DNA from: Octopus sinensis
Taxonomy: Eukaryota
Direction: 5' to 3'
NCBI RefSeq assembly: GCF_006345805.1
Contig: NW_021829402.1
Coordinates: forward strand, 1 to 6,220
DNA: 6,220 nt
Each line of letters opens with the position of its first letter. Within the stretch, counting starts at the first letter, position 1. Under the pieces are notes generated by a model. It made no database searches and was not told where the DNA came from. It saw only the letters and a list, made by a program, of their open reading frames with translations. A program made the position numbers and the translations under genes. Below are positions 1 to 6,220 of this stretch, piece after piece.

Positions 1-14
1 CCATTACCGTAACG

Positions 15-81
<67 letters not shown>

Positions 82-90
82 TAATAATAA
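15..90. repeat. (TAA)n microsatellite
   Basis: About 25 near-perfect AAT units with one GAT interruption. Confidence 0.98.
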
Positions 91-541
91 GCAAATATTC
101 TGCTCAATACCATAGATTTGCTTGTCAGTTGCTTGACCTTAACCAGTTGAGCATGGCCCTTAATGGCTGACGATATGTGCATCTCTGATCACGAGCAAAA
201 GTAGTGGGGGAGCATCATAGCCATGTGTTGAGAGGGATTCTTTGGGGTTTGAATAATTCACCTCTGGAAACATGGGTGGTTTTTTTCAACATCCTTAAAC
301 AACCCTTATTCAGGGATCGTTTGAGCGGGATGGGCTACTCAACCTGAAGAAAATTCTAACTGGGCCCCACCTGCAAGGTCATGTGCTGTTTATCTTGATA
401 TGAGATCACCATGTCGTGCACATATGGTTGTGATGCATGTGTCTGGTGTACCCTTATCAGACGGGTAGTCATGATGGGTATATTGGGCTTCGTATATTTT
501 ACCCCAGTGTCACTTTGATGGCATGAACTGCTCTCTCACTC
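91..541 (+). mobile_element. Non-coding interspersed element embedded in (TAA)n; probably a 5'-truncated retroposon of unassigned family
   Basis: Complex ~45% GC sequence bounded on both sides by (AAT)n, with stops early in all three + frames. The 3' part has hairpins TACCC-TTATCAGAC-GGGTA (449-467) and ATTGGG...CCCAGT (482-508). Resembles an abundant octopus repeat (recall). Orientation is inferred. Confidence 0.55.
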
Positions 542-574
542 AATAATAATAATAATAATAATAATAGTAATAAT
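542..574. repeat. (AAT)n microsatellite
   Basis: Direct reading. Confidence 0.97.
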
Positions 575-775
575 TTTTTTTATCGGTCACAGGGGCCCAA
601 GGCATGAAGGACAATATCAAAGGACGATATCAACAGACAAAACAGGTGGAGTTTACATTGAACAAGGGGACACACTATGACATTAAACGGTGTAACAAAG
701 GGTATATAAATAGAAATTAGAAAAATAAATAATTAATAAACAGAATCCCCAAAAGAGGAGCAGTTCATTCAGGGA
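572..775 (-). mobile_element. Diverged 3' end/3'UTR of an L1/Tx1-like LINE
   Basis: Minus strand ends TTGTCCTTCATGCCTTGGGCCCCTGTGACCGATAAAAAAAATTATT. This aligns with the terminus TTGTCCCCCTCATCCTTCGCCCTTGTGGTAAATAAAAGAAATCATT of the 1203-1350 copy and also runs into (ATT)n. The upstream boundary is approximate. Confidence 0.45.
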
Positions 776-780
776 GAGTG

Positions 781-947
781 TAAGTCGATTATATTGATCC
801 CCGGTACTCAACTGTTACTGTATCGGCCCCCGAAAAGATAAAAGGCAAAGTCGATCTCGGTGGAATTTTAACTAAGAACATGAAGGCAGACTAAACGCAG
901 CTAAGCATTACATCCGGCCTCCAAACGATTCTGCCACCTTACTGCCT
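781..947 (-). mobile_element. tRNA-derived SINE (cephalopod-type), head and body
   Basis: On minus: AGGCAGTAAGG, A-box-like TGGCAGAATCG (926-936), degenerate B box AGTTAAAATTCC (862-873), then GAGATCGACTTTGCC...GGGGATCAATATAATCGACTTA, matching a recalled octopus SINE. Confidence 0.7.
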
Positions 948-954
948 GATATAA

Positions 955-1085
955 ATAATACTTTCAAATTGTGGCACGAGGGGCAAACAATTTCGGGGAA
1001 GTGTGTGTGCTTTTTTGGGGGGAGGGTGTCAATAATGTCGACCTCAAGGCCTCAACTTTTATCTACCCAGGAAGGATGAAAGGCA
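955..1085 (-). mobile_element. Second, degenerate SINE 3' fragment lacking the tRNA head
   Basis: 1016-1085 (GTC-AATAATGTCGACCTC...CTCAACT...TATCTACCCAGGAAGGATGAAAGGCA) is a degenerate direct repeat of ~775-847. Confidence 0.55.
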
Positions 1086-1118
1086 TTATTATCATCATCG
1101 TCGTCGTCATCATCATCG

Positions 1119-1177
<59 letters not shown>

Positions 1178-1204
1178 ATTGAACCAAAGAATAATAATAA
1201 TAAT
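1085..1204. repeat. Compound (ATC/GTC/ATT)n then (ATA)n microsatellite with unique island GAACCAAAGA (1181-1190)
   Basis: Direct reading. Confidence 0.95.
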
Positions 1205-1349
1205 GATTTCTTTTATTTACCACAAGGGCGAAGGATGAGGGGGACAATTCAAAGACAGGCATAGAGCGTGGGGGGTTATGTATAATGAAATGATAAAAAG
1301 AAAAAAAGAAAGTATACACGCTTTGCACTGCAAAAGAAGGGACATATGC

Positions 1350-1350
<1 letters not shown>
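1203..1350 (-). mobile_element. L1/Tx1-like LINE 3'UTR fragment (copy A)
   Basis: Clear similarity to 2333-2485, the 3'UTR downstream of the ...RWV...DL* ORF end. On minus it ends AATAAAAGAAATCATTATT. Confidence 0.55.

Positions 1351-1420
<70 letters not shown>
1351..1420. repeat. (TAA)n microsatellite
   Basis: About 23 perfect units. Confidence 0.98.
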
Positions 1421-1425
1421 TTTAT

Positions 1426-1485
1426 GATTTTATGATTCAGTGTGACCATGAGATAGAGAATAGGTAGCCAGACATAGTCTTAATT
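1426..1485 (+). pseudogene. R4/Dong-clade non-LTR retrotransposon, restriction-like endonuclease fragment part 1
   Basis: Translates DFMIQCDHEIENR*PDIVLI, matching the (W)DF.IQ.D..I..R.PDIV segment of RLE domains. One in-frame stop at 1465-1467. Confidence 0.8.
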
Positions 1486-1605
1486 CTTTTATCATTTCAT
1501 TATACATAAACCCCCACGCTCTATGCCTGTCTTTGAATTGTCCCCCCTCATCCTTCGCCCTTGTGGTAAATAAAAGAAATCATTATTATTATTATTCTTT
1601 GGTTC

Positions 1606-1650
<45 letters not shown>

Positions 1651-1651
1651 T
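1486..1651 (+). repeat. 166-bp inverted duplicate of ~1135-1300 (LINE 3'UTR plus flank) inserted in the Dong-like ORF
   Basis: Reverse complement of ~1135-1300, including the unique TGAACCAAAGA island. Differences are essentially G/A-run length changes. TAATT is present at both junctions (1481-1485, 1647-1651). Confidence 0.93.
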
Positions 1652-1947
1652 AAGAAAGAAAGCAAAGTATGCTGGATCATAGATATAGCACGCCCAGCTG
1701 ACAACAAGGTATGCGATAAGGAAGAAGAAAAGTCGAGAGATATGACAGGTTAGCTTGGGAGGTTAAGCAGTTCTGGTCGATGAAAAAGGTGGTAGTTGTA
1801 CCAATAATTGCCAGTGCCCTGGGAATAGTGAGCGAAAATCTCGAAAAGTACGTGGAACAAATAGGGGCTGCAATAAGAGTGGAGCACTTGCAGAAAACAG
1901 CACTGCTTGGAACCGCTCGAATACTCCGGAAGGTGCTCGAAAAATAA
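1652..1947 (+). pseudogene. R4/Dong-clade non-LTR retrotransposon ORF C-terminus (RLE domain part 2)
   Basis: KKESKVCWIIDIARPADNKVCDKEEE, a 1-nt deletion in the A-run at 1728-1731, then VERYDRLAWEVKQFWSMKKVVVVPIIASALGIVSENLEKYVEQIGAAIRVEHLQKTALLGTARILRKVLEK* (stop 1945-1947). The IID.A.P.D...K...K..RY..L motif and the LQK.ALLGTARILRKVL terminus are characteristic of R4/Dong ORFs. Confidence 0.88.
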
Positions 1948-2026
1948 AAGGTGTTACCTTAGTTCACTGGTAGTGAACAGCTGACATTGTAGTACATTTC
2001 CAGCGTTAGATGCTGTGTAAAGGCAA
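1948..2026 (+). mobile_element. 3'UTR of the R4/Dong-like element, ending in (TAA)n
   Basis: Short UTR with perfect hairpin GTTCAC-TGGTA-GTGAAC (1962-1978), followed by AAT repeats. Dong elements are known to target TAA repeats. Confidence 0.75.
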
Positions 2027-2085
2027 TGATAATAAAAATATTAATAATAATAATAATATTAATTATTATTATTATCATTATCATC

Positions 2086-2142
<57 letters not shown>

Positions 2143-2155
2143 GTTATTTTTATCA

Positions 2156-2189
<34 letters not shown>

Positions 2190-2227
2190 CATCATCATCA
2201 TCATCATCATCATTATCATCATCATCA

Positions 2228-2265
<38 letters not shown>

Positions 2266-2275
2266 GATGATGATG

Positions 2276-2312
<37 letters not shown>

Positions 2313-2335
2313 CGATGACGATGACGATGATAATG
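2025..2335. repeat. Compound trinucleotide microsatellite (AAT, ATT, ATC, ATT, GAT, GAC)
   Basis: Direct reading; source of the poly-I/D/Y/H pseudo-ORFs. Confidence 0.98.
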
Positions 2336-2670
2336 ATTTCCTTTATTTGCCACAAGGGGCAGGACTGAGGGGGATAATACAAAGACAGACATAAAGTGTT
2401 GGGGTTTACATATAATGAAATGATGAAAAAAAATTAAAGGAGCGAAAGAAGTACACAGGGCATACATTGAAAAAGGAGCACAGGCATTGCATACAAAGGT
2501 TTAAAAAAGTGGGAGGGGGATGATAGAGATGTATGCCTTCTGCTACAGGCGGGCCCTGAACAGCAAGAGCAAGTGCCCTTCTCCGATTCTTTCTCTTCGA
2601 CTTAGAGGTCTACACAAAGAAAGGTACCATCCACTTTTGCCATTTTCACAACTTTTACCCACCTTTTAAT
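2333..2670 (-). mobile_element. 5'-truncated L1/Tx1-like LINE: last codons of ORF2 plus 3'UTR (copy C)
   Basis: Minus frame reads IKRWVKVVKMAKVDGTFLCVDL* (stop 2602-2604), then ~270 nt UTR ending GCCCCTTGTGGCAAATAAAGGAAATCATTATC with AATAAA. The terminal RW motif resembles L1/Tx1 ORF2 ends. The clade call rests on a short peptide. Confidence 0.5.
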
Positions 2671-2672
2671 CG

Positions 2673-2764
2673 GAGAGAAGAGAAAGAGAGAAGTCGGCGG
2701 GTGGAGGTGACAAGATAGAGAAAAGGGTGAAAATAGGTGAGAGATAACGAAACAAGGAGAGGGA

Positions 2765-2812
<48 letters not shown>
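2673..2812. repeat. Purine-rich tract ending in (GA)n (~2765-2812)
   Basis: Direct reading. Confidence 0.93.
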
Positions 2813-2814
<2 letters not shown>

Positions 2815-3049
2815 AGAACTGTGATGATACAAAACTCCCTTTTTGAGTCTAACCGTAGTCAGTGCAACATCGATATGTTTGTGAAACTTTTGTATCTCTG
2901 CCGTAAGGCTTCATTTCCACACACGCCAGCTGAATTCAATTCGTCCCCAGTCGAAAGACACCTGTAGTTATGTCCTGTTATTATCATTATTATTTTTATT
3001 GTATTTATATTGTATTTATATTTGTGTAACATTGACTGTTTTTCCGCCT

Positions 3050-3272
3050 TTGTTTTTTTTATACATTCGATGCTTTCTTCCAAGGATTCTAATGCTCATA
3101 GTTTAGTTTTTCCTTGGGACTGACCAGATTGGAGCAATCTGAAGATTAATCAGCCGAAATTGCCAGCATGATACGGTTCTTGACTGAGGATAGAAAGCTT
3201 CGAATGACCCGTCCTTTTTTTGTATCACCAAGATGTCCGGATGTTTTGCGTTCTTGTCCCATTTTGTATTGT
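3050..3272. mobile_element. Probable interspersed repeat fragment, unclassified
   Basis: Complex sequence abutting (TA)n, with hairpin CAGATT-GGAGC-AATCTG (3125-3141). Resembles a common octopus repeat from recall only. Boundaries are approximate. Confidence 0.3.
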
Positions 3273-3420
3273 ATAGATATATATATATATGCAAAAACAT
3301 ATACATATATGCATATATATATATATATATACATGTCTATATATATATGCTTATATATATGTATATATACATCTATATGTATACGTATATATATATGCAT
3401 ATATATATATATACATGTAT
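3273..3420. repeat. Degenerate (TA)n with TATGCA/TACA interruptions
   Basis: Direct reading. Confidence 0.95.
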
Positions 3421-3698
3421 ATCACCGTGATCACCGTGACCGACCAAGCTATCAGATGTTGTTACACATCGCTGGTCACAATGCGTTTCGCATTGTTTTA
3501 GCTGGCTAAGCGAGCAGGCCAACAGAAGAAAGAGAGAGATAAAGTTGTGGCGAAAGAGTACAAAATGGATCGCCACTACCTACCTGCCGGAGACTCGTAG
3601 AGCTTTAGGTGTTTTCGCTCAATAAACACTCACAACCGAAACCACGATCCTACGACAGCGAGTCCGCTGCCCTAACCACTGGGCCATTGCGCCTCCAC
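3421..3698 (-). mobile_element. tRNA-derived SINE with B box disrupted
   Basis: Minus starts GTGGAGGCGCAA, with A box TGGCCCAGTGG (3676-3686). GTTTCG then runs straight into GTTGTGAG, so there is no complete B box. The tail ends in the 9-nt repeat CACGGTGAT x2 (3421-3438). Candidate TSD ATATACATGTAT (3409-3420) / ATATACATATAT (3699-3710). Confidence 0.78.
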
Positions 3699-3728
3699 AT
3701 ATACATATATATGCATATATAATGTAAT

Positions 3729-4071
3729 GATCCCCTTCGGTCATGAATGACCATGGGATGGCACCTAGAAAGTTACCCTCCTAGACACAAGTCCGGGCAA
3801 GGTTATTTATGGAAGACCAGCAGTCGCCCATGCATACCAGCCTCCCCTCCACGCCACCAGTGTTATCCAAGGGGGAAAGACAAAGGTCGATTACAGCTTG
3901 GCACCAGTGACGTCGCAACTCATTTCTACAGCTGAGTGAACTGGAGCAACGTGAAATAAAGTGCCTTGCTCAAGAACACAACACGCAACCCGGTCCGGGA
4001 TTCGAGCTCACAAACCCACAACCTCACGATCGTAAGCTCGACGCTCTAACCACTGAGCCATGCGCCTTCAC
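3729..4071 (-). mobile_element. Near full-length tRNA-derived SINE
   Basis: Minus starts GTGAAGGCGCA, with A box TGGCTCAGTGG (4050-4060), B box GAGCTCGAATCC (3998-4009) and the CORE/V/Meta-like word TTGTGTTCTTGAGCAAGGCAC (3961-3981). 3' stem-loop GGTCA-TTCA-TGACC (3739-3752). Candidate TSD TATATGCATATATA (3708-3721, 4072-4085). Confidence 0.85.
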
Positions 4072-4090
4072 TATATGCATATATATATAT

Positions 4091-4145
<55 letters not shown>

Positions 4146-4232
4146 GGTGTGTGTGTGTGTGTGTTGTATGTGTGTGTGTGTGTGTGTGTATGTGTGGTGT
4201 GTGTGTGTGTGGTGTGTGTGTGTGTGTGTGTG
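4072..4232. repeat. (TA)n followed by (TG)n
   Basis: Direct reading. Confidence 0.97.
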
Positions 4233-4415
4233 GGTGTATTTGGCAGCTAATGCTGAAAGTAGAGGCCGGATTATTACTTAATTAATATTTACTTCGTTCT
4301 TGTGTTATAACAGCGTGCCTCCTGAATTCTCTATTTCGTGGTTTAGATTATAAATGGCCTTTTTTAGCATGTGAGGGGTTCTTTCAATGGTCCCTCTTTG
4401 TGTTTAGAAACATTT

Positions 4416-4523
4416 TATACATTTTTATATGTATGTATATATATATGTATATATGTATAGATATATATGCGAGTGTGTGTGTGCTTGCTGATGTGTATGG
4501 TATGCATAGCATATATTATATAA

Positions 4524-4560
<37 letters not shown>
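4416..4560. repeat. Degenerate (TA)n/(TG)n
   Basis: Direct reading. Confidence 0.93.
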
Positions 4561-4562
<2 letters not shown>

Positions 4563-4761
4563 AAATAGAAAGATGAATAATCTTGTTGTAGATTAATCAA
4601 AAGTTAACCGATACCTTAGTAGCAAAAATCACAGCAGTAAACAGCACGGTTGGAGGTACAACCATCTGGCGTTGCAACCGTGCGTTGGTGCGGATAATTG
4701 AAATTAAAACATTATTGGTGAATTGAAGAAATGGAGCTGAACGCAGATTGAACAGAAATCG

Positions 4762-4857
4762 TTTTATTTCATTCTACACGTGTTTCGAAAGGCACAAATT
4801 ACCAAAATCCGATTGAATAATGGACCATATTGTGTCTTTCTCTTCAGGAAGAAAAAA
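4762..4857 (-). ncRNA. Type I hammerhead ribozyme motif (left arm)
   Basis: Minus reads TTTTTTCTTC-CTGAAGA-GAAAGACACAA...TTGTGCCTTTC-GAAAC-ACGT-GTA-GAATGAAATAAAA. It has the full core, an 11-bp stem II base (1 mismatch), palindromic stem III ACACGTGT, a GUA triplet and a bulged stem I. Predicted cut between 4775 and 4774. Confidence 0.75.
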
Positions 4858-5491
4858 GGAAATCCGTTAGAGAAACAAAACAGAACAGAGGCGGAGCAAA
4901 AACCAAATCGAACTATGCTCCTAAGAGCCCATGGCGAAACTGTTTATCAGTGTATGCTGAGAACCGGTGGCTGAAGAATTCTACAGGTCAGGCATCGGTC
5001 AATCATGTGGGTGAGGGTGTATAGATGTTCTTAGTGACCGAGAATAAAGTTCTGACTATTTAAGGAATATTGGATGTTTTATAAGGGGCGAGAAAAAATC
5101 TACTTAGAGACGTGTGTGTGTGTATACTGTTCTATATATGTGTGTGTTGGCGTAGGGGTAGAAAACACTTTTTGTGTACGTGTGTGCTACCCCTACGCCA
5201 ACACAACATATATAGAACGTATACACACACACACGTCTCTAAGTAGATTTTTTCTCGCCCCTTATAAAACATCCAATATTCCTTAAATAGTCAGAACTTT
5301 ATTCTCGGTCACTAAGAACATCTATACACCCTCACCCACATGATTGACCGATGCTGACCTGTAGAATTCTTCAGCACCGGTTCTCAGCATACACTGATAA
5401 ACAGTTTCGCCATGGGCTCTTAGGAGCATAGTTCGATTCGATTTGTTTTTGCTCCGCCTCTATTCTGTTTTTGTTTCTCTAACGGATTTCC

Positions 5492-5588
5492 TTTTTTCTT
5501 CCTGAAGAGAAAGACACAATATGGTCCCATTATTCAATCGGATTTTGGTAATTGTGCCTTTCGAAAACACGTGTAGAATGAAATAAAA
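5492..5588 (+). ncRNA. Type I hammerhead ribozyme motif (right arm)
   Basis: CTGAAGA 5502-5508; stem II GAAAGACACAAT/ATTGTGCCTTTC; GAAAAC (one extra A versus the left copy); ACACGTGT; GTA 5573-5575. Confidence 0.65.
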
Positions 5589-5644
5589 CGATTTCTGTTC
5601 AATCTGCGTTCAGCTCCAATTTCTTCAATTCACCAATAATGTTT

Positions 5645-5707
5645 TATATATATATATAATATATGAATATATATATATATATATATATATTTCATGTATG
5701 CATATAC

Positions 5708-5752
<45 letters not shown>

Positions 5753-6008
5753 TATATATTATTATATATATATTATATATATATATATATATGTATGAAT
5801 ATATGTATGGCATGTATATGTATGTTTGTATGCATATATATACATATATATATATGTGTGTGTATATATATATAGCATGCGTGTTTGTATGTATGTTATG
5901 CATGTATGTATATATGTGTGTGTATATATATTTACGTTATGTATATATATTATATATATATATATATATATACATATAATATATACATATACATATATAC
6001 GCATATAT
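5645..6008. repeat. Long degenerate (TA)n/(TATG)n/(TG)n tract
   Basis: Direct reading. Confidence 0.97.
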
Positions 6009-6009
6009 T

Positions 6010-6220
6010 GGCGCAGGTGTGGCTGTGTGGGCAAATGTCCTATACTATAGGGTCGGGCCCACCAAAGCCTTGTGGGTGGATTTGGTAGACGAGACTGAAC
6101 TATTTGTGTGTGTCTTTGTGTCTGCGTTTGTCACTCCACCACCGCTTGACAACCGGCGTTGGTGTATCTATGTCACCGTAACTGAGCAATTTGGCAACAG
6201 AGACCGATAGAATAAGTGCT
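6010..6220 (+). mobile_element. tRNA-derived SINE with internal deletion, running off the window end
   Basis: GGCGCAGG and A box TGGCTGTGTGG (6020-6030) are joined directly to GCAAATGTCCTATACTATAG with no B box. The body GCCTTGTGGGTGGATTTGGTAGAC...CGCTTGACAACCG...GAGACCGATAGAATAAGT matches a recalled octopus SINE. Confidence 0.75.

Larger units (their letters stand above)
4561..5646. mobile_element. Putative Penelope-like element terminal repeat (pLTR) remnant in inverted arrangement
   Basis: Asymmetric inverted repeat between (TA)n tracts, with a type I hammerhead in each arm. Hammerheads in pLTRs and inverted pLTR copies are established PLE features. No RT or GIY-YIG coding sequence was seen, so the family call is inferred. 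Confidence 0.5.
4705..5646. repeat. Long inverted repeat: arms 4705-5161 and 5187-5646, 25-nt spacer
   Basis: Manual alignment gives about 12 differences in ~460 nt (~97% identity): one substitution, one 5-nt ATCGA duplication, and otherwise 1-nt indels. Confidence 0.98.

Noticed and set aside
186-211. TGATCACGA and GTAGTGGGGGA match words in U1 snRNA
   Set aside because: In U1 these words are ~100 nt apart, and the 5' splice-site-pairing end and Sm site are absent here; likely coincidence.
2737-2967. ORF tail IQNSLFESNRSQCNIDMFVKLLYLCRKASFPHTPAEFNSSPVERHL as a GIY-YIG or other domain remnant
   Set aside because: No recognisable motif, and the ORF starts in a (GA)n tract.
3139-3205. Two hammerhead-like word pairs (CTGAAGA...CGAAA at 3139-3159; CTGAGGA...CGAA at 3184-3204)
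   Set aside because: No proper stem II closing pair, and no consistent stem I/III with an NUH triplet could be built.
3980-4071. tRNA gene-like sequence with a TAC anticodon-like loop
   Set aside because: No acceptor stem closure, and it continues into a SINE body and tail; it is a SINE head, not a tRNA gene.
4233-4415. Complex sequence island between microsatellites
   Set aside because: No ORF, RNA motif or internal homology found; left unannotated.
5162-5186. Spacer as a leftover sequencing hairpin adapter
   Set aside because: It does not resemble the standard PacBio SMRTbell adapter. Other fold-back artefacts remain possible.
4705-5646. MITE or foldback DNA transposon interpretation of the palindrome
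   Set aside because: The left unit extends beyond the inverted part, no defined termini or TSD can be distinguished from the TA tracts, and hammerheads point to a retroelement. Not fully excluded.
971-6210. Six-frame ORFs rich in I/Y/N/D/M/H/C
   Set aside because: They are translations of TAA/TA/TG/GA microsatellites or stop-poor stretches of non-coding repeats. Only the last ~22 codons of 2602..2832(-) look like real protein.
1-6220. CRISPR array or prokaryotic system
   Set aside because: There are no regularly spaced repeats with unique spacers, and the content is eukaryotic retroelements and microsatellites.

Overview
Gene-free, AT-rich eukaryotic repeat landscape; the SINE families look like octopus/cephalopod ones (from recall, not a search). 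All listed six-frame ORFs but one are microsatellite or non-coding read-throughs, and no intact gene is supported. Bases 1-2810 are a (TAA)n/(TTA)n field with stacked retroelement remnants: a non-coding TAA-flanked element, tRNA-derived SINE pieces, several related L1/Tx1-like 3' ends, and the C-terminal restriction-like endonuclease region of an R4/Dong-clade element. The ORF track missed that last region, which is split by an inverted copy of neighbouring DNA. Bases 3275-6220 are a (TA)n/(CA)n field with three more tRNA-derived SINEs and a ~940 bp palindrome (4705-5646). Each arm of the palindrome carries a type I hammerhead ribozyme fold, which suggests inverted Penelope-like terminal repeats. 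The arms differ almost only by 1-nt indels, so a long-read or assembly artefact must be excluded.
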